Position numbers and translations under genes: made by a program
Shown: in pieces, positions 18,478-27,668 of the stretch
Layout of the letters: each line of letters starts with the position of its first letter
Position numbering within the stretch: position 1 is the first letter of the stretch
DNA from: Myxococcaceae bacterium
GTDB taxonomy: Bacteria > Myxococcota_A > Polyangia > Polyangiales > Ga0077539
Assembly: GCA_028287085.1 (NCBI GenBank)
Contig: JAQBQI010000114.1
Coordinates: 6,755 to 70,754 of the forward strand
Direction: 5' to 3'
DNA: 64,000 nucleotides
Notes under the pieces: model-generated
The model's input: only the letters and a program-made list of their open reading frames with translations
Database searches by the model: none
What the model was told of the DNA's origin: nothing

Positions 18478-19524
18478 CTAGCATGTCAGTTCGGCGGGTA
18501 AGGTGAATCGTCCGAGCGGTAGTCGGTACACGTCTCCCACGCCTCGGGTGTAGTCCTTGGGAGGCGCGAACGAACGAGGGGTAGGGTAGACGACCTGCAA
18601 ATCGCGCAGGAATCCACAGGCGATGCCGATGGCCAAGGACTGCATCTTGCTTCCTGTGGGCGAGATCACCAACTTCTCGCGCTGTCCGTGCTCCGCATAC
18701 ACGTCTAGGATCAAGTTGAGTGTCTCACGATAGTCCAGTGTGCTAACGTTGAACTCCTCCCGGGCGGGCAACGAGTCAACTCGGTTCAATTCGCGGATAA
18801 CGTCTCGGCGCCAAGCGTTCTGCGCGTCGGGAGGAGTGCCGTGAACGATCGTAAAATATGATGCCTGAATCTCCGAGCAGACCGCTGCGAGTTGAGTCGT
18901 GTTCCAAGAGGGGAAGGCGATGACGCGCATGGGTTGGCCCTGCATCGCGACGCTCGAGAGTTCGGGCACGATCGTGAGTCCGAATACGCCAGAGGAGACG
19001 AACATCGTCACGCCAACCAAGTCGGCGGACTCGGAGAGAGTCTTCTCGACCTGCTCGCGTGTCGGTGGGTAGTCGAACGCGCTGCAGTACAAAACTTCGC
19101 AGAGCGCCGAGCGGCCACCGCGCACGATCGACGACACGAGTTGGACAATGAGGAGGCGCGACATGCCAGAAAGGTCGATGTGGATGCGATCGGCGGAGGG
19201 CACCTGCGCGAGGATGCGCTCCGCCGTGCCCGCGGGGCGCTCTCGGTCGAACGGGACCGACTCGAGCGTCGCCTGCGCGGAGGCGCACAGGCTGGCGACC
19301 TCGGTTCCTCGGTTCTCTGGGATCTCCGGAAGGTATCCGATGCACAGGACGCGAAAGCCGTGGCAACCAGAACGGACGGCGCGTCGTAGCACCTCAATAG
19401 CGCGATCCTCGAATCCCGCGCACATCAAGAGCACATCACCTACGCCTAGCTTCGGCGCAATCCCCACGTGCAGTTCGGGCTGGGACAGCCGCCGGAGCCA
19501 CTCATCGACACGGCAGACTCGCAT
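18478..19524 (-). CDS. Hypothetical two-lobed Rossmann-like protein (348 aa), possibly CARF/DUF1887-like
   Basis: Starts 3 nt after the kinase stop. It shows alternating beta-alpha patterns (VLLMCAGFEDRA..; RIHIDLSGMSRLLIVQLV..; MRVIAFPSW..; KLVISPTGSKMQSLAIGIACGF). The last block resembles the TGGTK.MS ligand-binding motif of CARF-type folds, but the match is weak. Confidence 0.6.
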   Translation of the reverse strand: MRVCRVDEWLRRLSQPELHVGIAPKLGVGDVLLMCAGFEDRAIEVLRRAVRSGCHGFRVLCIGYLPEIPENRGTEVASLCASAQATLESVPFDRERPAGTAERILAQVPSADRIHIDLSGMSRLLIVQLVSSIVRGGRSALCEVLYCSAFDYPPTREQVEKTLSESADLVGVTMFVSSGVFGLTIVPELSSVAMQGQPMRVIAFPSWNTTQLAAVCSEIQASYFTIVHGTPPDAQNAWRRDVIRELNRVDSLPAREEFNVSTLDYRETLNLILDVYAEHGQREKLVISPTGSKMQSLAIGIACGFLRDLQVVYPTPRSFAPPKDYTRGVGDVYRLPLGRFTLPAELTC

Positions 19525-19527
19525 CCG

Positions 19528-22035
19528 CTACTCCTTGGGTGGGTCAACGAGCCCAAGCGAGAGTTGCTCTGACGGTGCGGCAGAGCCAGCGCTCTGCGGC
19601 TCACTCCTCTCACCTCTGTCACTCTTGAGCCGCTTCCTGCCCTCGAACACCTTTGGGTCGAGAAGGAGATCCTTGAAATCGTCGACGCTGAGTTCGAGAG
19701 AATCGCGACGACTGAACGTGAGGTTGAAGAACGGAATCAGAAACCTTCGTAGGTACAACCGAGGGACGACGTTGCCGCGCCGGCTCTTGCCGCGGACGTC
19801 CTCGATGAACACTGAGTAGCGGAGCAGGTCGTCGTAGACCTCCTTCGCCTTACCCGTCAGGTGGGGGTCCTCGTAAGGCTCGATGCGAGAGGCCTGGTGC
19901 GGAGGGCTTGAAGTCTCGTTCTTCGAGTCGCGGAACCGAAGGTAGGACGACGCGACGCTGCCGAAGGCCTCCACGATCTCGACCAGCGCTTGTCCCGTTG
20001 GGAGGGCGCGCAGGTTGCGAAGGAAATTGCCCGCCTCGGCGCGGATCGCCTTGTTCTGCGCCTCGGGGGAGACCGCAGGCACCTCGGCTCCGCCCCGCAA
20101 AGAATCCGGCCCGCCGGCTGATGCGACCATCTTCCCTACGAGTTCGATGAGGAAGTGGACGTCGCCGCTACACAACTCCCCCAGTGCGCGGCGGCCCCAG
20201 ATCTTTGGGTGCCTTCCATCTCTCAGCGATCTCGCGGTTTCGTTGTGCGGCACCGCGGTCGGCTCGTCTCCCACAAGGGACTCAAGGGAGGACACCGGGT
20301 AGTCTTTCGTGTATCGGAAGCGCCGGTTGAAGACGTCGTCGACAAAACGCAGCTTGTCGTCGCTCTCGGCGTTGATGAAGTCGATCCCCAGGTTAATGAG
20401 GCGAAATTCCCGGCCCTCCACGTAAGATTTGGTGTCAACGTCACTGCTCTCGTACGAGGCAGGGCTCTCGGTGGCCAGTTTGAAGAAGCATGCGGCGCTC
20501 CGCTGCATCAAGAGGCGGTTCAGGGTTCGTTGGAGGTCGCTGCTAATCTTGGGGGTCGAGTAGTCGTCGAAGAAGAAGAAGATCGGTCGCCCTGCGAGCG
20601 GCGACAATTGCTGAGCCAGCGTCGAACACACCGCCGGCAGGACACCCGGACCGAAGTACTGCCCGAAGGTATGAGTAAGATCGTCGACGAATCGCTGCTT
20701 CTTGGCGGCACGTTCGCGCTCTTGGCCAAGGGCGCGCTGGAGCGCGCCGAAGGAGTCCGCGCTCGGTTGCTGCGGCTTCTTGAGGCCGAGCACGGTCCAG
20801 AGCTCACGCGCTACCGAGGCCTCGTCACGCTGCCAAGCCGCTGGAAACCGTCGCGAGAGCCAGAGTCCGAGCGCCTCGAGGAGTTCGCGGACGAGCGTCG
20901 CCGTTACGAAGTGCAGAGGGACGTCGAGCGCCTCTGTGCGTGCGGGCAGCGCGTATCGCGGAAAATTGAAATACAAGTCGTCGCAACGATAGTAGATGCC
21001 GATGTATGAAATGGAGTCTGGTGCATCATCCTGCGTGTAGAAACGATGCTTCAGGCTGAGGCTTCGGAAGACTGTCGTCTTCCCGCACCCGCGCGGTCCC
21101 GTCAGTACGAGGTTGTTGGTCTCCTCGATGGCCCGCAGGCCGAGCATCTTGTCCGAGTACAGCTCTTTGAGGAGAGCGTGAGACTCCCCGATCTGCTCAC
21201 AGCTGAGGTAGTCGAACGGAGTACTGAGTGTGCGCCGAGCGACGCCCGCGGTGCGAACCGCGAAGGCCCGCTGCGCCTCGCGCAAGGACTCAAAGAGAAG
21301 GCGGGGATTGCGCGCCCGTTCGTCGTGCGCGGGGTCTCGCTCCAGCAGCCCCTTGGCCAAGAAGTCGTCGTTGAGGACGTCGAACATGTACCGGTCCTCG
21401 GGGGCGCATGACTGGTAGTCGACCCTGGTCAGGAGGTCACGTAACATGAGCGCGAGCTGATCGAAGTCGCCCAGGAGGGCTGCCCCCGTGGTGAGGGGAG
21501 CGACGCCAAAGTCGGTCACCCGGAACGCGTAGGGCGGCCCAACGAGCGAGGCCGACTTGTCCTCGACGAGCACGTTGCCGGAATGGAAGTCCCCGTGTTG
21601 AAGGGACAGGTCCTGCAATTCCCGCAGGAAATCCAGCATGTCCATGAAGAAGTCCAGCACAAAGGGAATCGTGACCGTACTCTTCTTCTGATACTCGCGC
21701 AGCGTTGACCCCCGAACCAGATCGGACAAGAGGAACACGCAGTCGCCGTCAGCGCAGGGCCAAGTACCCGTGCCATAAAACTTGACCACGCGGTTCGACG
21801 GCACTCGATTTGCGTTGAGGATCTCTTGCTGCCAAGTCGGAGGCTCGCGCTCGGCGCCGATTAGGTTAGCAACCGGGATCACCTTGCAGGCAATCTCCCG
21901 GGCGAGCGCGTCGGCGCGCGCCATGAAGACGTGGGCGTTGCAACCCGAGCCGAGTTTATCGACAATGACGTACTCGGGATGAGCCGGTACCGGCTGTCCG
22001 ATGAACTGCGCGGCTTCGGGTAGGTTTCTTCGCAT
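19528..22035 (-). CDS. Ser/Thr protein kinase fused to a P-loop ATPase (835 aa)
   Basis: The kinase motifs are intact: KLGSGCNAHVF (Gly loop), IACKVIP (Lys), HGDFHSGNVLV (catalytic loop), VTDFGVA (DFG). The C-terminal ATPase has LVLTGPRGCGKTTVF (Walker A) and PIFFFFDDYS (Walker B). A GGAG RBS precedes ATG 22035. Confidence 0.85.
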   Translation of the reverse strand: MRRNLPEAAQFIGQPVPAHPEYVIVDKLGSGCNAHVFMARADALAREIACKVIPVANLIGAEREPPTWQQEILNANRVPSNRVVKFYGTGTWPCADGDCVFLLSDLVRGSTLREYQKKSTVTIPFVLDFFMDMLDFLRELQDLSLQHGDFHSGNVLVEDKSASLVGPPYAFRVTDFGVAPLTTGAALLGDFDQLALMLRDLLTRVDYQSCAPEDRYMFDVLNDDFLAKGLLERDPAHDERARNPRLLFESLREAQRAFAVRTAGVARRTLSTPFDYLSCEQIGESHALLKELYSDKMLGLRAIEETNNLVLTGPRGCGKTTVFRSLSLKHRFYTQDDAPDSISYIGIYYRCDDLYFNFPRYALPARTEALDVPLHFVTATLVRELLEALGLWLSRRFPAAWQRDEASVARELWTVLGLKKPQQPSADSFGALQRALGQERERAAKKQRFVDDLTHTFGQYFGPGVLPAVCSTLAQQLSPLAGRPIFFFFDDYSTPKISSDLQRTLNRLLMQRSAACFFKLATESPASYESSDVDTKSYVEGREFRLINLGIDFINAESDDKLRFVDDVFNRRFRYTKDYPVSSLESLVGDEPTAVPHNETARSLRDGRHPKIWGRRALGELCSGDVHFLIELVGKMVASAGGPDSLRGGAEVPAVSPEAQNKAIRAEAGNFLRNLRALPTGQALVEIVEAFGSVASSYLRFRDSKNETSSPPHQASRIEPYEDPHLTGKAKEVYDDLLRYSVFIEDVRGKSRRGNVVPRLYLRRFLIPFFNLTFSRRDSLELSVDDFKDLLLDPKVFEGRKRLKSDRGERSEPQSAGSAAPSEQLSLGLVDPPKE

Positions 22036-22061
22036 CGGTAGCTCCGCTGCCGGGTCTCGCG

Positions 22062-23276
22062 TCAGAGCAAGACCGGCTGCATTGTCCGGTCAGACGCGGA
22101 ATTTCGGAATACGAGGACAGTCTCGCGCTTGGTGCCACGGAGGTCGCGGCGGGAGCGGCGGATGTCGGGGATGACATCGTGGATGACGCGCTCAAGACGG
22201 AACCCTGCGAGTTCGTGAGTGCTAGAGAAGAGCGAAGTAATGATGGACGAACTGTCGAGAACCTTCGAACCGCGGCTGGCCTCGCCGACCACTAGGATGA
22301 TGACGCCGCGCTCGGAGATGGCCGGGGCGATGCGCGTGAAGGTCTCCCGCATCAGCGCCCGGAACTGCACCTCTCGGGCCCGCTTGGGGATGTCTCGCTG
22401 TAGAGGGAGGGCACGTTCGAGGACCCACAGGCGGAGCCGATTGTCGCGAACATAATCGAGTTCGTTCATGTACGGCGGGCTGGTGATGACCGCGTCGACG
22501 GTGCCGGAAAGACGAAGATCGCGGCTGTCTCCGTGAACGACAACGGACGGCATTCGGCACTTGGGAGGCCGTCGGTAGGTTCGCCGGACCTTTGCTTCCA
22601 TCCGGCTAAGTACGTCGCGCTCCTTGTAAAGCTCGGGAAACTCCAAGGGCTCGAACAACTTGTCTCGGAGGTAAGGTACGAGGTGACTGCTAGGGAACGA
22701 CAGAAAGCCCGGGCGCTGGTGATGCAGGATGCCCAGCAGGCACGCCAGGAGGAACCAATCGGAGCGAGCGACGAGTTCGTCACGCAGCGCGAGGGCGTTG
22801 CGCAGGGTTTCCTTGTGGAAGAACGCCCGAACCCACTGCGGTACGGAGCGAAGATCCTGCGAAGGGATCCGCACACTCGCGGCCTCCCACCGGGCGGCGA
22901 GGCGGCGGAGTGCAACCGCTTCAGAGGACGGAGCCCGGAGCTTCGCGCGCGTCAGCAGTACACCATAGGGGTTGATGTCGTTGGCGATGACGCGACGTCC
23001 CAGTAATGATGCCTCGAGGGGAATCACACCCGACCCACAGAAGGGGTCGAGAACGCGCTGGCCAGGGTCCGTGAACTCCCTGATGAGGTAGCTCGCGATG
23101 GTCGTCTTGATCCGACCGATGTAGGGCGCCAGTTGGTGCAGCGTGCAATCGGTGGCAGTCGTGCACCCGGGCGACCAGGGGACCTCCTCGGGATGTCGAG
23201 GCGTTTCAATATCGCCGCCCGGCGAGGTGCCAGCAACTTCCGTAGGGGCCGCGCTCCGCTCGATGAACACACCCAC
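22062..23276 (-). CDS. DNA methyltransferase (N4-C or N6-A type; SPPY motif)
   Basis: Motif I is VLDPFCGSGVIPLEA and motif IV is VITSPPYMNELDY. The only upstream in-frame start is GTG 23276, 2 nt after the thyX stop, so the exact start is uncertain. Confidence 0.8.
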   Translation of the reverse strand: MGVFIERSAAPTEVAGTSPGGDIETPRHPEEVPWSPGCTTATDCTLHQLAPYIGRIKTTIASYLIREFTDPGQRVLDPFCGSGVIPLEASLLGRRVIANDINPYGVLLTRAKLRAPSSEAVALRRLAARWEAASVRIPSQDLRSVPQWVRAFFHKETLRNALALRDELVARSDWFLLACLLGILHHQRPGFLSFPSSHLVPYLRDKLFEPLEFPELYKERDVLSRMEAKVRRTYRRPPKCRMPSVVVHGDSRDLRLSGTVDAVITSPPYMNELDYVRDNRLRLWVLERALPLQRDIPKRAREVQFRALMRETFTRIAPAISERGVIILVVGEASRGSKVLDSSSIITSLFSSTHELAGFRLERVIHDVIPDIRRSRRDLRGTKRETVLVFRNSASDRTMQPVLL

Positions 23277-23278
23277 GG

Positions 23279-24214
23279 TTAGTCGCCCATTATCCGCGTC
23301 CAGGTGACACGCAAGCCGAGAAGGTCGAGTTTTTCCTCGAATTCATCGAGTTCGCGGCCCCGCTGCGTGCCCGAGGAACCTGCAGGGAGGACACCCTCCG
23401 CGATCGCGATCTCACGCACCTGGCCTGGCGAGTCGGTGAGCGCTCGGATGATGGCGATCTCGCTCCGCGTGAGCGAAAGTGCAGACAGGCGGTAGTCCAC
23501 AAACGCTTCCCACGCCATCGGGCACCACTGCTGGACGATCTGTTCTCCGATGACCTCAGCGTATGCGCGGATCTCGGCCTGTGCGTGCGGGTCCATTCGG
23601 AGCGCGAGGAAGTGGAGCAGGTTGTGCAGATCGACCTTCCAGTAGGCCTCGGTGTAGGTCGACAGAGGAAGATCCTTGCGCGCCTGTTCACGCGCGACCC
23701 CGAGGTCCAAGCGCTCCTCGTACGCGCGGCGCGCACGCTGCTGAAGTTCGTCCTCCTCCGCACTCAGCGCAGCGCCGGTTGCCGCGTCTAGGTACTCGCC
23801 GCTGCCCTGACGATTCTGGGCGGATTGGCGCCGCCACGCATCGGGCGCGGTCCGCTGGGCCGCGTCGATCGCGATGGAGTAGCGCGTTGAGTACTCGTTG
23901 ACGTTGGCGGTGCGATGGCGAATCCACTGGCGCCAGCAATCCATTGGCACCCGCACGTGGAGCTTGATCTCGCACATCTCCAGGGGCGTCGTGTGTCGGT
24001 GCCGCAGGAGGTACCGAATGAGGCCCTGATCCTCATGCACCTTCTTCGTTCCTTGGCCATAGGAAACTCGCGCCGCCTGCACAATGGATTCGTCGCCCCC
24101 CATGTAGTCAACGACCCTGACGAAGCCATCGTCGAGAACCGTGAGTCGCTTGCCAAGAATGCCGTCAAGAGCAGGAACGGTCACCCTGGCGATCTGGCCA
24201 TCGGGGTCGGTCAT
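23279..24214 (-). CDS. thyX: Flavin-dependent thymidylate synthase ThyX
   Basis: 311 aa. The ThyX signature RHRTANVNEYSTRYS is present, along with the conserved N-terminal block LDDGFVRVVDYMGGDESIVQAARVSYG..LIRYLLRHRHTTPLEM. By eye its GC is closer to the downstream MTase/kinase genes than to the ~70% GC flanks. Confidence 0.85.
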   Translation of the reverse strand: MTDPDGQIARVTVPALDGILGKRLTVLDDGFVRVVDYMGGDESIVQAARVSYGQGTKKVHEDQGLIRYLLRHRHTTPLEMCEIKLHVRVPMDCWRQWIRHRTANVNEYSTRYSIAIDAAQRTAPDAWRRQSAQNRQGSGEYLDAATGAALSAEEDELQQRARRAYEERLDLGVAREQARKDLPLSTYTEAYWKVDLHNLLHFLALRMDPHAQAEIRAYAEVIGEQIVQQWCPMAWEAFVDYRLSALSLTRSEIAIIRALTDSPGQVREIAIAEGVLPAGSSGTQRGRELDEFEEKLDLLGLRVTWTRIMGD

Positions 24215-24548
24215 TGGGTCGCCAGAAGGGTCCGAGGGCGTCCGATCTCCCGCGACGGCATCGGCGCCCAGGATCGCTGTTGCGAGCGCGACTCGAGCGC
24301 ACGCCGGTGCGCGGATCCGTGGCGTTGCCGATCTCTCGTGTGGGCGTTCACGGCGCGATCCTACTACAGGTGCCGGCGCCCGCTAGCGGGGTCGGTCCGC
24401 AGAGTAGAGTGGGGCGCCACCGCCTCGGTCCGTGATCTGTTGCGTCGACCCCTCGGCCGCGACGCGGACGCGGTCGATGTGCGGGCTCGATGAGGCGCAG
24501 GGAGGACGGACCGGCGCGCCTTGGCATCGGTCCAACGAGTCCCGCCCG

Positions 24549-26561
24549 TCAGCGTAGCGTCAGCTCGTCCGGCTCGTCAGCCCGACCGAGACGCGAGACG
24601 AGCAGCTCGTGCGGTCTCTTCCGTTCGGTGTCGACGAGCGCCTGGCCGTGGTCGACCCGCGACGCGAGCCACCGCGAGCGCCAGAATTCGGCGACCGCCT
24701 CGACGCCGTCGTCCCCGACCACCCGTGGCACTCGGGGGCTGACCCCCAGCAGAACGCGGCGCACACACTCGATGAGGGGTGCCACGTAGACGATCCTCGG
24801 CGAGCCGTGCTGGATGAGGTCGGCGTCAGAGAGGTTCAGAGCCACCGTCGCTTCCCGCAGCTCCCTCAGCTTCGCGCTCTGACCCTCGCCGAAGACGAAG
24901 TTCACGTTGCGGACGTCGCGGCGCTCCGCGGCGACCTCTGCAAGCACCTCCTCCGCCTCGACACTCAGATTCGTGGATCCGTGGCCGAGGCTCCGTCCCA
25001 CCTCCCGGAAGCCGAGCGGCGACGGCTGCTCCGCGAGCGTTCCCGCGGGGACCTTCACCCGGTTGTACTGCGAGGACCGCTCAGGGTAGAGGCTCGTCGT
25101 CGTGACCATCGCCAGCTCCGGCGAGCGTACCAGGGGGCGGCCGGCCATCTGGCTTGCGATCACGCTCGGCTCGTTCTGGTAGGCCTCCTTCACCGCGTCG
25201 CGGACGAAGGGTGTGAGCATCAGCATGCACGCCAGCTTCCCCGCCAGGAGCGGACCGTAGGGGGGAACGGCGCCGCAGGTCGCGATGTCCATGACCGAGG
25301 CCGCTGCGAAGTGCTGCTTGACCTGCCGGAGCGCGAGCGCCATCGCGTTCTTCGCGCGGGCGTCGAGTACGGCGTCTCGGAGTGGTGCGCGCATCGCCGC
25401 GAGCTCGTGATCCAACCTCAAGAGGATGCGCGCCGTGTTCGCGCGCTTCGCGCGGAAGAGCGGGGTACGCGCTGCGGCGATGAGCGCCGCGTGGTCGAAG
25501 GCGACCTTTCGGTCGACGGCGCTCGTGCGAAGCCCCTCCAGACGGGCCGCCTGAGCCACCTCCGCGATAGATCCCAGGTGTGCATCGAGCGCCGCGTCGC
25601 GGCGAGGCGGCGAGGCGCCATCGAAGCCGAGATCCTCCGTGTAGAGGTTGGCGAGGTCCTCGCGGACCCGTCGGCGCAGGGCGTCGAGGACCTCGTCGTC
25701 CGTGACCTCGCCCTGCTCGATCAGCGCGAGCAGTCCGTGGACGGTCCAGCCGATCCACTCGTCGCGGGCCGTCAGCTGAAGGACCGCGCTGCTGAGCGCG
25801 GTGATCGCCATGATCGGATGAAACGGCCGCGACGCGTCGCGGATCAGGAACGCGATGTGTCGGCCGGGCGGCCTGCGGTAGCGGCTGCTCCACGTGTATC
25901 GGAAATAGCGCCAGACGTGGAAGAGGTTGAGCCCGGTGTATGGATCGCGCGCGTTGGAGGTGGCGATCTGGATGTAGGGGCAGCACACCTTGCGCAGCGC
26001 TTCAGGGCGGGTCGCACGAGGCATCTCTGCGATCACCCGGAGGTCGTCCGCGATGCGCTTCCCGTCGGCGATCAAGTGGAGGACTGACTTGTGCCTCGCA
26101 CCACGCGACGGTCGCTCGATCTTCTCCACGAACCGCTGCACCGACTCAGATTGGAGCTGGTCGTCGCGCCCGTGCAGCAGCTGGCGGCGGACGAGTTGCT
26201 TCGCGGGCGTCGCGCCTCGTTGGTGGGGCCGCACCGAGATCGCGTCGCGGTGGACCCGCACGTGCCAGCCGAGATGGATCAGGTCGCGCAGGATCAGGAG
26301 CGATGCGAGGTACCGCTTCGGCATCGGGTCCGTGGCGCGCACGGTGCTGATCTCGTCGTCGAGCGAGGTGAGCCGCTCCACCTCGCTGCGGTTTCGAAGC
26401 AGCTCGGCGAGCCGCGACGTCGGTCGTTCCACCTCGACCTTCGGCGTGAACGGCCGCCAGCCGTCGCCCTCGTCTTCGGGTGGAGCGGCGACGTCCTCGT
26501 CGTCGGTCTCAATGGCTGCGTCCTGCACCGGCGCGTTCCTAGACCGGCGGGCCGTTGGCAC
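24549..26561 (-). CDS. DUF4338-like (DruA-like) protein, 670 aa; last gene of module X
   Basis: Blocks FHVWRYFRYTWSSRYRRPPGRHIAFLIRDASRPFHPIMAITALSSAVLQLTARDEWIGWT, CGAVPPYGPLLAGKLACML and TTTSLYPERSSQYNRV fit my recollection of the DUF4338 pattern (..RD.WIGW..). It is a clear paralog of the 35634-37739 product. Confidence 0.7.
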   Translation of the reverse strand: MPTARRSRNAPVQDAAIETDDEDVAAPPEDEGDGWRPFTPKVEVERPTSRLAELLRNRSEVERLTSLDDEISTVRATDPMPKRYLASLLILRDLIHLGWHVRVHRDAISVRPHQRGATPAKQLVRRQLLHGRDDQLQSESVQRFVEKIERPSRGARHKSVLHLIADGKRIADDLRVIAEMPRATRPEALRKVCCPYIQIATSNARDPYTGLNLFHVWRYFRYTWSSRYRRPPGRHIAFLIRDASRPFHPIMAITALSSAVLQLTARDEWIGWTVHGLLALIEQGEVTDDEVLDALRRRVREDLANLYTEDLGFDGASPPRRDAALDAHLGSIAEVAQAARLEGLRTSAVDRKVAFDHAALIAAARTPLFRAKRANTARILLRLDHELAAMRAPLRDAVLDARAKNAMALALRQVKQHFAAASVMDIATCGAVPPYGPLLAGKLACMLMLTPFVRDAVKEAYQNEPSVIASQMAGRPLVRSPELAMVTTTSLYPERSSQYNRVKVPAGTLAEQPSPLGFREVGRSLGHGSTNLSVEAEEVLAEVAAERRDVRNVNFVFGEGQSAKLRELREATVALNLSDADLIQHGSPRIVYVAPLIECVRRVLLGVSPRVPRVVGDDGVEAVAEFWRSRWLASRVDHGQALVDTERKRPHELLVSRLGRADEPDELTLR

Positions 26562-26582
26562 GCCACTTCCCGGAGCTCTTCG

Positions 26583-27668
26583 TCAGGGAGCGAGGGGCAG
26601 TCGTCTCCGCCCGTCTGTCTGTCGCACGGGGCAGATGCGGGTCAGGGCGCCTGGGCAGCGTCGGCATGCGTCCACCCCCTTGTGCATGCAGTCACCCGGC
26701 ATCGCGCGGCGGTTCGAAGCGCTCATGAAGAGGTACATGGCCTGTTGAACGACGCGGGGGTTGTTGCGCCGGAGTCCGCGCCGCAGCGAGGCGAGGTCGA
26801 TGCGCTCCGCGAGCCCCCGCACGAACGCGCGGCGGGCCTCGTACGATCGCGGCCCGCGGTAGGCGAGCGCCGTGAGGAAGAGGTCGACGTTGCTGTCGAT
26901 CACGATGAAGTGCCGCCAGTCCACGTCCGACCACACGGGGACGCCGGGGGTCATGTCGGGGTTGCTCACGATCGAGAGGAACATCGCCGCGATCTTCTCG
27001 CTGATGCGCCACGCCCGGGAGAGCGCCGCGACCAACGCCCGTGCGCGCGCGGCGCGCCCGCGAGTGCCCGCGCGAACGAGCGCGAGCAGCTCGGCGAGGT
27101 CGCGCGCGCCGCCCTCCCGCACCACGAGCGCCACGGACGTCGGCACCTTCCCGAAGTGCCCGTAGCGCCGCATGAGCACCGTGTGCCGCTTGAGGTGACA
27201 CTCGACCTCGGGGTTGGCGCCGCAGATCCCGCGCTTCGTGAGCGCGTGCTTCGTCAGGTCGCAGCGCACGCGCAGGGTCTCCGTGGTGCGCATGTGCTCG
27301 CAGCGCCCCTCATCCACCAGGGCGAGCAGGGGAGCCGACGCGCCGAGCTCGCCGGCGTCCTCGCGCGTCATGGAGCGGAGGATGCGGGTGATCTGGTTGT
27401 CCTGGCGGCGCTGGAACATCGTGACGGCCACGAGCAGCCGGAAGAGCGCCTCGCCGTCGTGCGCGACCAGCGCCTCGCGCGACACCGCGAACGCGCCAAC
27501 GCGTTTCGGGTTGCAGAACACCTGCGCCGTGCCCTGGTCGTCGGGCGAGCTGTGGTGCGTCGCAAGGTACCAGCGCACCGCTGCGCGGGCGACCTCCACC
27601 TGGCGTGACGTCGGGGTCGGCGCTGGGGCGCCGGCCCCGCCAGGAGCGTGGGTTCGGGGCGCCGTCAC
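26583..27668 (-). CDS. Endonuclease III/HhH-GPD-superfamily-like protein with a C-terminal 4-Cys (Fe-S type) loop
   Basis: There is an HhH-like segment WRISEKIAAMFLSIV followed by FIVIDSNVDLFLTAL (compare GIG.KTA..FL and VDTH..RV in Nth/MutY). The C-terminal cluster is CMHKGVDACRRCPGALTRIC. The proposed start is GTG 27668 in a GTGA overlap with the upstream stop; the ORF is open up to 27749. Confidence 0.45.
   Translation of the reverse strand: MTAPRTHAPGGAGAPAPTPTSRQVEVARAAVRWYLATHHSSPDDQGTAQVFCNPKRVGAFAVSREALVAHDGEALFRLLVAVTMFQRRQDNQITRILRSMTREDAGELGASAPLLALVDEGRCEHMRTTETLRVRCDLTKHALTKRGICGANPEVECHLKRHTVLMRRYGHFGKVPTSVALVVREGGARDLAELLALVRAGTRGRAARARALVAALSRAWRISEKIAAMFLSIVSNPDMTPGVPVWSDVDWRHFIVIDSNVDLFLTALAYRGPRSYEARRAFVRGLAERIDLASLRRGLRRNNPRVVQQAMYLFMSASNRRAMPGDCMHKGVDACRRCPGALTRICPVRQTDGRRRLPLAP

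Noticed and set aside
24377-24390. The 12-bp palindrome CCCGCTAGCGGG and nearby weak hairpins in the thyX upstream/DUF4338 downstream intergenic region, considered as possible terminators.
   Set aside because: The stem would be only 4-5 bp with a minimal loop and no U-tract, which is not distinguishable from chance in GC-rich DNA.
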